A stretch of DNA of 49,513 nt from Octopus bimaculoides (GCF_001194135.2 NC_068990.1:19484912-19534424); one strand, 5' to 3'; shown: positions 27,549 through 39,104, counted from the stretch's first letter. Program-made: numbers and translations. Notes: generated from the sequence alone by a model not told the origin.

Positions 27549-29988
27549 TATGAATATATTAAATAATGGTTATATTTGTTTATATGCTTATAATTTCCTA
27601 ACAATGAGTCTGTGTGAATGACCAGGAATATATTATTCCTTGTGCACTAACTCTAAATTTAATGTAAATTGGTATTAGACATGAGGAAAACTATTTTGAT
27701 ATAAAGGAGTTATGCAGACATACTAACGACAATGATATATTCGTGTTCATCTCAGTTAGCCTTCTCCGTTAGTTTTATGCTCCATCACGCTTCTTATAAT
27801 GTTTAGAAATGCTGTTTGTAGTGTCGATATGTAAGAAGAAATAATTTTTTTTACCGAAAACATCATTGATAGCACTCCAACAACGGTTACATGAATTATT
27901 TAAGTGATGATTTAAAATCCTTACCTTGTTCTGTTTAAAAGTTTCATCCTGGCCCTTGAGTTTCTAAAGCTAAGCCCACTGTTTTGCAAGCATTCGCCTC
28001 AGGTTTCTTGTTTGTGATAATTTTGTGCTGTTTCTGCATGATTCATGGTTTCTAACACCCATTCTGATTCTACTCTCGAAAAATCCTGCAAAAGTCAAGA
28101 GTGTTACTCTTCTCCGTCTGATCAAATTATTAAAATAAACTGAAAATAGTTATATGTTAATGTTATCTTAGAAATACATTAGTTTTGTGTGTGCATCTAT
28201 ATTCATAAATACATTATCATATGTATTATAGTAAGCTATTTAATGGCGGGCTTATAGCTAAAGTATCATTGTTGTATGTAGTTCAGTGATGACGTAACTA
28301 CTCGTTAAAATAGATTATCAGCATTTACGATGCAACTGGAAGAAGGAAACGGAATATGTTTCTTACTTTCAACAAAATTTTATGTATAGTTCCCAACATT
28401 TAAAAATCAGATTTCTATAGCTATATGCAATGAAGCTCTATCGATTCAAATAAAGTGAATAAATATACCGAAATCTACAACTGAGTTGTCTCTTGATCGG
28501 AATATGTATTTCTACCAAAAATGATTGTTCGATAGCTCAAAGAAAGTACAGAACTCTGTTAAAAAATATCAGATAGAACATCAATTGTTATATATTGTTA
28601 TGTTCGAGAATATTTTTCTAGCATTGTTCCAATGACAATACGGAGTATAGAAATATGTTCCAAGCATAATTTAATCGGGCTTATGAACTACAAATTTACA
28701 GAGAAATGTCTAGACGTTGTATAAAAGACAGCACCAATAATAACATCAGCAATGACAACGATCGCAAAAAAAAAAACAAAAAAATCATAACAACAACGAT
28801 AATAACAAGAGTAATAAAGAGTGTAACTGTGGTAATAGTAGTAGCGATTGTTCTGGCAAAAATTACAATGGCAAAGTAGAACAAAGAAATTTAGATAAAA
28901 TACTTGTTTGAAACAAACATCTCAAGTGAGAAACTGATAAGACAAACGAAAGTGAATTTAGAACCAGAAAGAGAATGAAAGAAAAGCATAAAGATAAGAA
29001 GTGAGAGATTTGTTGATTGTTAGCTTGGAATTTAGTTTAATTATTTGTCGTTAATTAATCATTTTTAATATACTTCTTTGAAATTTCTTCAACTTTATAT
29101 TTACATCGGACCCTTGAGATTTTGCTTCAGTTTTATCTTCTGTCTTCTATTGTATTCATTGTTCATACACGTCTCCTGCAAATATCATTTGGCTTTCATT
29201 GTGTGACAAGATTCCGCGCACTTTTCAGAAACATAAAGAACTGGAATCGCGTGTAACCGATCGATAGTTTGTCGAAGTCCCTGATATAGATAGTCGATAT
29301 TCATGCCTTATCATCAGTATGTTGCCGTATATAGATCCAACAAAGATTGTTCGATACGACAGAGCACAAAGTAGAATAACAATCACCTGAGGTANNNNNN
29401 NNNNTAACCAAAGAGGAAAAATCACTGGAACTAGTGCTAGAAGGGGAATGTATTGTTTCACTATTAACAAGATTGGAATAGGATTAATTCGACAAGGGAA
29501 ATACATCTGTGTTTGCGTACGACAAAATAAAAAATTTAAAAAAACCGAAACAAAAAAAGAAAAATCCGACTTAACCCATCGTCAGCGTAAATTTGAAGTA
29601 GAAGTATATGAAGGTCAACTGAAGTAAAAGAACATAGTATAGAGCCAATGGAAGATGGACATTAGGAAGGGAAAAAACAGGATTTTAGTGAAGGAAAACC
29701 ATGTCACTAGTTCACTCCATCTATTCTTGTGCTGCGGAGTGAACATTTAATATTCGCTGGCATATGACACAATGGGGACATCTCTCGGCGGTCGCTTGAT
29801 CTGCATAAAATAGTAGCTAAACTGCCTCGACATTATACCATTCCGACTTCATTTATAGCTACATTCGATAATGTTGTACTCTGTAGCACTAGAATGACAG
29901 TATGATCACGAACAGAGCAATGCTGAGCATATGTCGAATCGATAGTGGATTGCACAACTATAACGATGTCTCAGATTAATATAGCCTT

Positions 29989-30273
29989 GATCTCCGTCGG
30001 TTGCAACAACGAGTATTCTAGTTGACCTGATCAACGGAACAGCCTGTTCGTGAAATTAACGCGCAAGTGGTTGAGCACTCCACGAACACGTGTCCCCTTA
30101 AAGAGAGAGATTTAGCGTGACACAGAGTCTGGCTCTTAGAATTACTGGTACAACTCATTTTTGCAAGCTGAAGGGAAATAAAGTGCCTTGCTCAAGGGCA
30201 CAACGTGCTACCGGGAATAGAACTCATGGCTATACGATTGCGAGTCGAATACCCTAACCTCTGAGTCACGCGC
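29989..30273 (-). mobile_element. tRNA-derived SINE, family D
   Basis: Minus strand begins GCGCGTGACTCAGAGGTTAGGGTATTCGACTCG (A-box-like), then TGAGTTCTATTCCCGG (B-box-like), then a gttgtgcccttgagcaaggcacttt central domain. The 3' region differs from families A and B. Confidence 0.8.
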
Positions 30274-30374
30274 TTTTACAACTACTTTGCTGTTGACATA
30301 GTGTTGATTTCGAACCCGTTCGCAGGCACAACAGTAGCATTGTTAAGAAATTGAAAAAAAAAGTAGTAAAAAAT

Positions 30375-30740
30375 GTATGGTTGTGTGGTAAGAAGCTTGC
30401 TTTCCAACCATATGGTTCCAAGTTCAGTCCCACTACGTGGTACCTTGGGCAAGTTTCTACTACTGTAGTCTCGGGCCGACCAAAGCTTCGTGTTTGAATT
30501 TCGTAGATGGAAACTGAAAGAAGCCCGTCGTATATATGTATATCTATATATTTGTATGTCTGTATTTGTCCCCTCACCATCGTTTGACAACCGATGTTGG
30601 TATGTTTACGTCCCCGTAACCTGGCAGTTCGGTAGAAGAGACTGATAGAATAAGTACTAGGCTTACAAAGAATAAGTCTTGGGGTCGATCTGTTCGACTA
30701 AAGGCGGTGCTCCAGCATGACTGAAAGAAGTAAAGGATTA
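30375..30740 (+). mobile_element. SINE family A, full length
   Basis: Collinear with 7809-8210, with a small deletion near the 3' end. Confidence 0.9.
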
Positions 30741-30767
30741 ACAGTAAAGGGCAAAATATGTTCCGTG

Positions 30768-31166
30768 ATACACATATGGAAGGTCCTGGAAGGTCTATCT
30801 CCCAAATTTCGAATTAAAAGCAATACCAATCACCGAACTATACAGCCCTGCGTAATACCAAAGACCCCTCTTCTTCTCGAATAAGGACACTGTACTGCAA
30901 CAGCTTGAGTTTCAAGGGACCACAACTGCTTAATATCCTGCCAAACAACCTCAGAGATTTGCGAGGTGAAGATGTGAAAACTTTCACAAGGCACCTGGGC
31001 TAATTTCTATCTGAAATCCCGGGTGAACCCACTTCGCGGCGGGAGGCACAAGGAAGAGCAGCTTCGTCTAACCCGCTTCTTCACCAAAAACACTACAAAA
31101 ACGAGACCCCAAAATACTGAAAAGTGGCGCTCCACCCTCTGGCTGAAACCAGTAAAGGAGTAAAAG
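30768..31166 (+). mobile_element. 3' end of a CR1/L2-group LINE (decayed ORF2 C-terminus plus 3' UTR)
   Basis: IHIWKVLEGLSPK...[frameshift] RIRTLYCNSLSFKGPQLLNILPNNLRDL...FTRHLG*FLSEIPGEP...RAASSNPLLHQ fits the W-K-x-L-E-G-L-x-P, GP-x-L-x-N-x-LP and IP-D-EP...SNSL pattern of this group. The exact clade is uncertain. Confidence 0.8.
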
Positions 31167-31189
31167 AAAAAATAATAAAATAAAACCAT

Positions 31190-31540
31190 GAAACAAATAA
31201 TGACTGTTTTGAGACTATAAAGAATGTAATGAAGATTCTAGTGATATTCAGGACGGTGATGGTGGTGATTGTCATGATGGTTTTTCTGATGAGGATGAGA
31301 GAAAAGCAAGAGTAATACATAAAGAGAAAAAAAATCATGAAAATATTAATTATGAAAATGGTTAGGATGAACGTGAAGATATCGTAACGAGATTGATGAT
31401 AGTTCAGAAACTTCTTCACCACCTCCCCATCCTGGACGTCATAAAGTGATTTTTGAAAAGATGATGATACGATCGTGATCATACCATAACAATGATAATA
31501 ATAACGATGATGACGTTGATGCTGATGATGCTAATGATGG
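31190..31540. repeat. Decayed trinucleotide (NAT/NGT)n low-complexity tract
   Basis: Period-3 T with mixed GAT, AAT and GGT units. Similar tracts lie at 28730-28880, 32046-32215 and 43500-43870. Confidence 0.75.
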
Positions 31541-31649
31541 ACTCCCACGTCGAAGGCGATGTATGAGTGTTCAACTTTCACTGAATGACCTGCGCAAATG
31601 ATTTTGTTTATAATGATCAGATGTAGGTGTTCTACATTAGCTCACTCCC

Positions 31650-31735
31650 TTCATCAAATCGATGTTGCCTTATTTAATCGAGCCCGAAAGGATGAAAGGT
31701 AAAGTCGACCTCGGCGGAATTTGAAATCAGAACGA
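31650..31735 (-). mobile_element. SINE family B fragment
   Basis: ccgaaaggatgaaaggtaaagtcgacctcggcggaatttgaaatcagaac, truncated where a family C copy begins. Confidence 0.75.
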
Positions 31736-32045
31736 TAGGCTACAACAAATATTCTGCTCTGTGCCACAGATTTGCTTGTCAGTTGTTTGACCATAACCAT
31801 TTGAGCATGTCCCTTAGTGGTTGACGACAAATGCATCTTTGATCACGAGCAGAAGCAGTGGAGGCAGTATCACAGCCATAATTGAGAAGAATTGTTTGGG
31901 GTTTGCATAATTCACCTCTGGAAACGTGTGTTTCGTGCAACATCCTTAAACAAACCTTATTCAAAGACCTTTTGAGTGGGACGGGCTGCTCGGTATAAAA
32001 AAAATTGTAACTGCATCTCACCTGCAAGGTCATGCGCTGTTTATC
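31735..32045 (+). repeat. Family C partial copy
   Basis: Collinear with about 45480-45785. Confidence 0.8.
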
Positions 32046-32930
32046 CGAGTGGTGGTAATGGTGTTAGTGGTGGTAGTGTTCGTGGTAGCGGTGGTGATGG
32101 TGATGTTGGTAGTGGTTATAATGAGGAGGGTGGTGATGCTGAATATAAAGGTGATGGTGATTGTGTTGGTGATGGTAATGATCATGATAATGATGATGAT
32201 AATGAAAAATAATGAAATAAAGTGGAATATATTGCAAATGCACAACGTACATAAAACTGAAGTAAAAATAAGAAAAAAGCCAGGAAGAGGAGAAAAGGAT
32301 AGGATATATTTCACTAATACCTTTGAGAATTGTTCGGTTTTATTGATGATGAATGATGAAAAGTTAAACTACCATTATTAAACTGTAGAACGTAAACATC
32401 TCAGAAGATTTTATTCATCAAAATTGTTTCTGTTATTCAAAATGAATTTAGTGCAGAGAATGAGAAAAGCTTCAAAAAATTAGATTACAATTGATTTTTA
32501 TACACAAAAGGATATATTGCTCTCCGTTGAAATAACGTGATGGAAATATATTACAATATTTGTCAAAAAGCATCGAAGGATACCAAGAAGAAAATAGGAG
32601 ACGAATGGTTACGTGGAATTGGTTTTTATAAAGTAGTAGATCAGGCTTCTACAGAATATTTATGGTTAAGTTCATTTTGGCCTTAGCTAAAGCCGTCTTT
32701 ATATTTCTCAAATTCATCATGTCCTTAAAATCAACAAAGTAGGGTGTCAGTGCAGGTCTAGCAGTCGTCTTCATGTGAGTGATAGGTCTGTTTTTATATG
32801 TGAGTGTGAGAGATTTGTGTACGCGATACGTTGCTAGTACTGATTGCATTAAAAGTTCAGCTGTTGCTTTTCTTTTTCTCAATGTTGTAGATGATTCTGG
32901 TGTGAGCTCTGACTAAGTCTGTGATCGAAG

Positions 32931-32973
32931 ACATACGAGCAGACAACATACAATATGTTGTCTGCTCGTATGT
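32931..32973. repeat. Perfect 20-bp inverted repeat with 3-nt loop
   Basis: acatacgagcagacaacata-caa-tatgttgtctgctcgtatgt. Confidence 0.95.
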
Positions 32974-33079
32974 TTCCGTGTTTTATTACTGAAAGATATA
33001 AGCCAGAGACACCCACTTCCAAACGGTCATGTACACGCAAATCTGTATATTTTCTACTCGCAAATCAATTTATTGCTGA

Positions 33080-33142
33080 ATGCAAATATCCGTTTATATA
33101 ATGAAAAAGATCACATTACGAAATTACACTTACATAGACAAG
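33080..33142 (+). CDS. Candidate first coding exon portion of the same channel gene
   Basis: ATG at 33080 follows an in-frame TGA; a second ATG at 33101 has A at -3. The frame reads MQISVYIMKKITLRNYTYIDK and ends in phase 0 at AAG|gtgtgt, matching the phase-0 acceptor at 36571. A pyrimidine-rich acceptor (tttctttttctcaatgttgtag) ends at 32890. The donor is only moderate and there is no homology support. Confidence 0.3.
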
Positions 33143-35160
33143 GTGTGTACATTGTGTATATACATAAACATATAGACATACATATATACATACATATATC
33201 CATATATGTGTGTTTGCGCGCGTGCAGTTTGTGTATGAATCGAAAGAAAAGTATCATTTAGGTAAAGATAATTTTTCCTCATATATTTAACTAATTACTA
33301 TCTGTCTGAATAAGCTAAGTACTTTGGCAGTATACGAAAGCAACAGCATTCGTTTAAAGGAATGTAAATTTATCATTATAACAAGGTGCATTATTTTTAG
33401 AGTCGTTGCAATAGATTTATTTGTCTAAGGAGATATAAACGTGTAGTGGTTTGCAATTAGAATGTTGATGTGGCAACCTAAATATACGAGTAATTTAGTG
33501 TGTCAATCTACAATTTCTACCACGTGAATTTTATCATGTTAAAAATTATTTTGCGCTAAGGACCATATCTACTTAAATGATTAATTTGTATAGTGTTAAG
33601 GAAAAATGCTCTAAAGCTGAAATAAGTAATAAATACGATGTTAGTTTCTGTAAAGTAAGGTTTGATGTGAAATTTATACTTGTCTCAAAGACATTGCAAT
33701 GTACAAGATGTAAACTGTATTGACTCGGCAATCAAAGATACATTATAACTTCTCGTTGTTTTATCGCTTGTAATTCAAAGTGTCGCTCTGTTTTACTTAG
33801 TATAATATTCCAATAACAGATGACTATGAACAGAATTGATCAAACCTAAAAAAACGACAGACATAAATGTCTAAGTGATATTTTTCCGAATTAATATTGC
33901 AAAATTGAGCTTATACAATTTTTTTTATCGCTGTTAAATAATAAGGCTCCAATAATTGGAATAATCTATACAAAGATCAGAGATGTTGAATGGTTACATT
34001 GAAAGGGTAACATTTAATAACCTTTGATTGTATTGCTTTTAATATCTATATTTGCCATTGAAATGGATAATTGCTTACAGATTTTATTTATCCCTACCTT
34101 ATTTAAATTGTTTTAATTGCTTGTATCGAACGATCAGTAAAAATGTTTATTCTATTAAAGTGTTTTTTTATGGCCATTTTTCTCTTTTAAATGTTATATA
34201 TATCTTCTATATTTTGATATCTACAGAGAAATAACGGACAACATATATACTTCATAGTACGTTGATTTTATTAATTAAATGCATTCAATACTTCGTAGAA
34301 TATCGAAAAATCTTTTTGCCCCTAAAGTATTCAAAATTGTAGTCCAATAAATGTTGACGTTTCTTCTTGAAAGCAACATAAAAAAATAACCCAAAAATTA
34401 ACAAACTTAATAGAGAGACTAACTAAGAATATTATTCAATGTATAGGCTGTTTATTGTCTATATTGCAACAAACTGTGTTAAAATATAATACATGAACCG
34501 GGACTAAATTTCTATATTCCAAATAAGTATTTGACTTTTGGCATCATACAGCGTTACTTTTCATTAAATTAAAGTAAGTTTGAAATAGAGTGGCGTTAAA
34601 CAAAAATAGACATTTGCTAATATTGCTGAAAATATTAAAAAAATTACAATGAAGGAATTAACAGACGAATAGATTTCTTTTGTGAGTGTTGCTATATATT
34701 GCTGAAGGGTTTATTTTTTGCTCAATAAAACAACTTGTGTCCAAATGAAATAAAGCTTTGTAGCATACGTAAAGGACTACTTAATATGACACTCGATATA
34801 TTAATATCTACATATAAACAAACAAATGTTATTGTTTTAATTTTTTAAATATAATTTGGAAGGTTTCCAAATGTAGTAGAAAACCGAGTGCCAAAAGAAG
34901 TAGGAATTAAGCAAAAGTTTTCAATGTGAAATTTTTATCTACTGCAACCAAATATGTAGCAGCACTTCTTGATAAGATAATAGTTCTTTCTATCACACAC
35001 AAGCGCCACTGCGTATATATATATATATATATATATNNNNNNNNNNNNNNNNNNNNNNNNNNNNNNNNNNNNNNNNNNNNNNNNNNNNNNNNNNNNNNNN
35101 NNNNNNNNNNNNNNNNNNNNNNNNNNNNNNNNNNNNNNNNNNNNNNNNNNNNNNNNNNNN

Positions 35161-35344
35161 GTATTTATAAAAATATATATAAAGGAGGCCATTAGGTGGA
35201 CTGCTAATGTGCCCAGAACAAAATCACATGTCATGTGTCTACTAAGACCGAATAATTCTCAAAGTAGACACATGACATGTGATCTTCTTCTAGCACATTA
35301 GCAGTCCACCTAGCGGACTCTTTTATCTATATTTTTACATATAC
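35161..35344. repeat. Long inverted repeat (fold-back)
   Basis: Arms 35161-35243 and 35263-35344 around a 19-nt loop. Includes perfect 20-bp (35193-35212/35293-35312) and 21-bp (35223-35243/35263-35283) stems. Confidence 0.95.
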
Positions 35345-35516
35345 CTATACAATAATCCTTTGAGATCTCAGATATTTTTTCTGAATCTCCCTGATTCTTT
35401 TAATGTGTTTGCTCCCTGGTATTAAATTGATATTGATTAATATCCAANNNNNNNNNNCTCCCTGGTATTAAATTGATATTGATTAATATCCAATTTTTTA
35501 CCCTATTGTTTAATTT

Positions 35517-35517
<1 letters not shown>

Positions 35518-35547
<30 letters not shown>

Positions 35548-35730
35548 TACAGACAGATAGATAGATACATACAGAGATAGATGGATAGATAGATAGATAT
35601 ACAAACAAGCGTGTATATATATGCGTGTGTGTGCATATGTGTGAATGCGTGTGTGTGTGCGTGCGTGTGTGTGTGTGCGTGCGTGTGTGTGCGTACGTTG
35701 TGTATGCAAGTTTTTATGTATATATATATG
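35518..35730. repeat. (GATA)n and (GT/GC)n compound microsatellite
   Basis: Directly visible. Confidence 0.9.
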
Positions 35731-36570
35731 CGAATTTGTGAATTAATAAGAGGGTACTTCAGCAAGATGAATGTTTTGCACCACGTGCCAGATGAAACGC
35801 AACATATATTTTAGTATGGTGGCTTATGAAGTCTTAGTATATTAAGTGACACTTTTTACGTAATTTCACCATACTTTCTCAGTGAACAAAATCTTTGGGC
35901 CTATGTAGTTGCAGTACTTTACAGGTGAACGAAAGACAACATGGTATCACTGACACACCTTTGATCACATATTCTCTCGATCAGCTATGATCTGGATGCA
36001 AAGAATAACACTATTGATAAGAGTAATTTATTAAAATTAATAAAAGTAGCATATCTATAAAATGTGGTTTGATTCATCGTCATCAAATTATTGAAATCAA
36101 TCCGAATTTTCAGAATACAACCCACAAAGAGATTTCTGCTTAGACTGTAATGGTTTTGTCTCTGAAATTTGTTTGAAATGTTATTAAACATATATGAGAC
36201 TTTTTAAATATTGGCCCCAAAATGATATGCTGTTTTGACAAGGTTTCTCTCCTCTCTATAGAAACAAAATTAAATGATTAAAATACGTGTTACTCTGATA
36301 TTTGTATTAATTTCGTTTCACATTTGCAAATTAAAAAAATGATAAAGTGACATTGATAGAATACAAAACCAGAGTAAAGAGAAAAATTTATATATTTTAC
36401 GTTAACGCAACACTTAAACATATTTTTGTTTCACTTTGCTTTAAAGCCTGCTTGTTATTCTATATAATATTTCTAATGTAACCATATCGATTTGATAGTC
36501 AACATATAAACTAAATCAATTTTGATATTTTATACACACGATTTCATTATTATTATTTTCATTGTTGCAG

Positions 36571-36699
36571 GTTCGTGTCCAGATAGTGGTGCAATTTGCC
36601 AAAGTCGGTGAGATAGACACCCTTAAGGAACAATACTCGGCTGATGTTATTGTCAAAGGAAAATGGCGGGAACCGGCTCTTGATGGTCAGACACACACA
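36571..36699 (+). CDS. Internal exon of a pentameric ligand-gated ion channel subunit (extracellular domain beta1, beta1-beta2 loop, beta2/loop D), GEIDT-type Cys-less/Pro-loop-like
   Basis: Acceptor ttttcattgttgcag|GTT and donor ACA|gtaagt give a 129-nt phase 0/0 exon with no stops: VRVQIVVQFAKVGEIDTLKEQYSADVIVKGKWREPALDGQTHT. It aligns without gaps to glycine receptor alpha1 as I recall it ([26 protein letters not shown] versus VGEIDTLKEQYSADVIVKGKWREPAL), conserving G-x-I, Y, W-x-[DE]-P-x-L. The subfamily call rests on recognising the GEIDT and WREP motifs. Confidence 0.85.
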
Positions 36700-36790
36700 G
36701 TAAGTTGTTTACATTTATAAAATACATTTGAAGAATAAAGAAAAATAGTGATATAATAAAGGCATGACATATATTTTTAAAATACTCATA

Positions 36791-36901
36791 CGTGACACCT
36801 TGGGCAAGTGTTTTCTACTATAGCCTCGGGCCGACCAAAGCCTTGTAAGTGGATTTGGTAGACAGAAACTGAAAGAACCCCATCGTATAGTCGTATATAT
36901 G

Positions 36902-36967
<66 letters not shown>

Positions 36968-36982
36968 NNNNNNNNNNATATG

Positions 36983-37048
<66 letters not shown>

Positions 37049-37235
37049 TACCCCCACCATCGATTGACAACTTATGCTGGTGTGTTTACATCTCTGTAAC
37101 TTAGCGGTTCGGTAAAAAGAGACCAATAGAATAAGTACTAGGCTTACAAAGAATAAGTCCTGTGGTCGATTTTCTCGACTAAAAGCGATGCTCCAGCATG
37201 GCCGCAGTCAAATGACTGAAACAAGTAAAAGAGTA
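36791..37235 (+). mobile_element. SINE family A, 5'-truncated, about 90 bp downstream of the channel exon donor
   Basis: Begins at cgtgacaccttgggcaagtg without the tRNA head. Internal microsatellite spans a 10-N gap; the 3' tail is complete. Confidence 0.9.
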
Positions 37236-37889
37236 TACATTTATACCATTCACTTCAGACTCTCGAATTACAATTATTAAACAAGTGTTTCGCTGTTAAT
37301 CTGCGTGTGACATATACACCAGTTAAAATTCTTTTCCATTTGTGGTGTGGTTAGTTATGGTTATATTTGTTAATTATATCATTATTTTCTTCGTGTGCCG
37401 TGATGTTATATTTGTGGGTACGCGGCAAAGGAAGATAATAACTACTTCAGATTTAGGTACCGTTCCAGCAATTCTGAGTTTAAACGTGAGGTCAATGAAC
37501 TTGACCACAGAATTAAATCAGTACTTGATGTTGTTGACTCTGTCGGAATGAACTGCAAAGATAACCTCAGTGGGGTTTGAAAATAGAAAATAAATAATTT
37601 CAGAATGTAAAGTGCAATAATAAAGCGATTTCAGATTTAGACACAAGGGTTCCTGTAGTGAAGGATGGAGTTTCTCTTTACCACTTATCTCAACCGTTCA
37701 CTGGAGCTACTTCTTATTGAAACCGGAAATATGAACGGAAATACTGACTTTGAAGGAATTCCATCGCAAAATGTGAAAAGCCGGATGAAATACTGTGTAC
37801 CGAGGTTTTTGTTACAATGGGAAAAAATACCATATAAAAGCCATCAAACAATCGCGAAAACCGTTTCTAACTTTATTCGAAGGTGATAA

Positions 37890-38068
37890 ATTCTGGTAGG
37901 ATAGTGAAGTCGATTTCCTCGATCTCAATACTCAATTGGTTCGTATTTTGTCGAGCACGAAAGAATGAAAGGCATAGCTGACCTCAACTGCATTCGAAAT
38001 CAGAATGAAAAGAGCCGGACGAAATGCTCCTAAGCATTTCGCCCGGAGTCGTAACAATTTCACAGCTC
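37890..38068 (-). mobile_element. SINE family B, degraded
   Basis: gaaagaatgaaaggc...cggacgaaatgctcctaagcatttcgcccgg...cagctcaccgcc. Confidence 0.75.
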
Positions 38069-38599
38069 ACCGCCTCAGCAATTACGAAAATAAAATTTAA
38101 AAGCATACTCAACATTCCGTTTAATTCCCACAATTGTTTATGAATATTAAAATTTATTTCTCCCCATCCACTACTTTTTTCAGTTCAGCGATTGCTTGAA
38201 TAAAAAGATTAAGTTAGCGAGCAAAAAACAGAATAATAATATAATCAGTCTCTTCAATCTGGTCACATGCACTATTGCTTCCTGTCATACCTATCAGCTT
38301 AAATTAGGTCAAAAGCATGGCTATTATTCAAACGGAATTATTAGACAATAAGTTCTAAATAAATCTAAGAATGACTTTCACAGGATTTTGCTCATTTTGG
38401 CAAACAGGTCGTTGTTTACGTGCATTTTGTAAGCATGTGGGTTATTACAGTGGATGATCACTTGAAGCAGTTCTAGAACTATTCAACAGCAGTGAAGGAG
38501 TTCCAGAGTAGTGGATGTGGGACGGAATGATTGAATTATGAGTCTTGTGAGCTGTCTGCAGAAATCATATAGGAGATACCAAAGGAATGGCTGAAGATA

Positions 38600-38803
38600 G
38601 ATTTCAAATTGTGGCACAAGGCCAGCAATTTCGAGGGAGGCCAGCAATTTGACCCTAGTGCTAGGCTGGTACTTGTTTTATCGACCTCGAAAGGAGGAAA
38701 GGCAAAGTCCACCTCGACGGAATTTGAACTCAGAACGTGCAGACGGACGAAATGCAGCTAAGCATTTAAACCGGCGTGCTAACGATTCTGCCTGCTTGCC
38801 ACC
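38600..38803 (-). mobile_element. SINE family B
   Basis: Collinear with the other B copies; carries a short internal duplication of aggccagcaattt. Confidence 0.85.
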
Positions 38804-39104
38804 ATATCGGAATGGCGGAAGATACAACGCTCTTCATGCTAGGTTCAATGAAGATTTTTTTATTCTGGTAGGACTACACAAATGGGGTGGAGTAGCAGCA
38901 ACTCAAAGATTTCTTTTGTGTCCAGAGAGAAGCTCAAAGGAAACAAAGCGGTAGAGGTGTTAGGCTTTTTCTAAGAAACTTTTCCTAAGAACTACCATTT
39001 CGGAATTGTAAGCATTTGGGTTTTTCACTTATTTATTACCGGAATGTTGGAAACAAATGATGTTGCAAGAGATTCGTTGTACAAATGCATTATCTGTTTT
39101 TCAA

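Noticed and set aside
30205-30273. tRNA-like sequence on the minus strand
   Set aside because: It is the head of SINE family D, continuing into SINE body without a complete acceptor stem, so it is not a tRNA gene.
31200-31370. Acidic-looking frame (DYKECNEDSSDIQDGDGGD...) and the Gly/Asp-rich ORF 31976-32212
   Set aside because: Most codons end in T and stops interrupt the frames, which fits decayed (NAT/NGT)n microsatellite rather than coding sequence.
32931-32995. Hairpin as a Helitron 3' terminus
   Set aside because: No CTRR end at the expected distance on either strand.
35412-35493. Exact 36-bp direct repeat either side of a 10-N gap; similar mirrored microsatellite at 36899-37050
   Set aside because: Typical unmerged contig overlap in a short-read scaffold, so most likely an assembly artefact.
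37620-37890. ORF 37665-37886 as the next channel exon
   Set aside because: Lacks the expected loop A W-x-P-x-[LI]-x-[IF]-x-N motif. No such exon was found anywhere downstream in the window.
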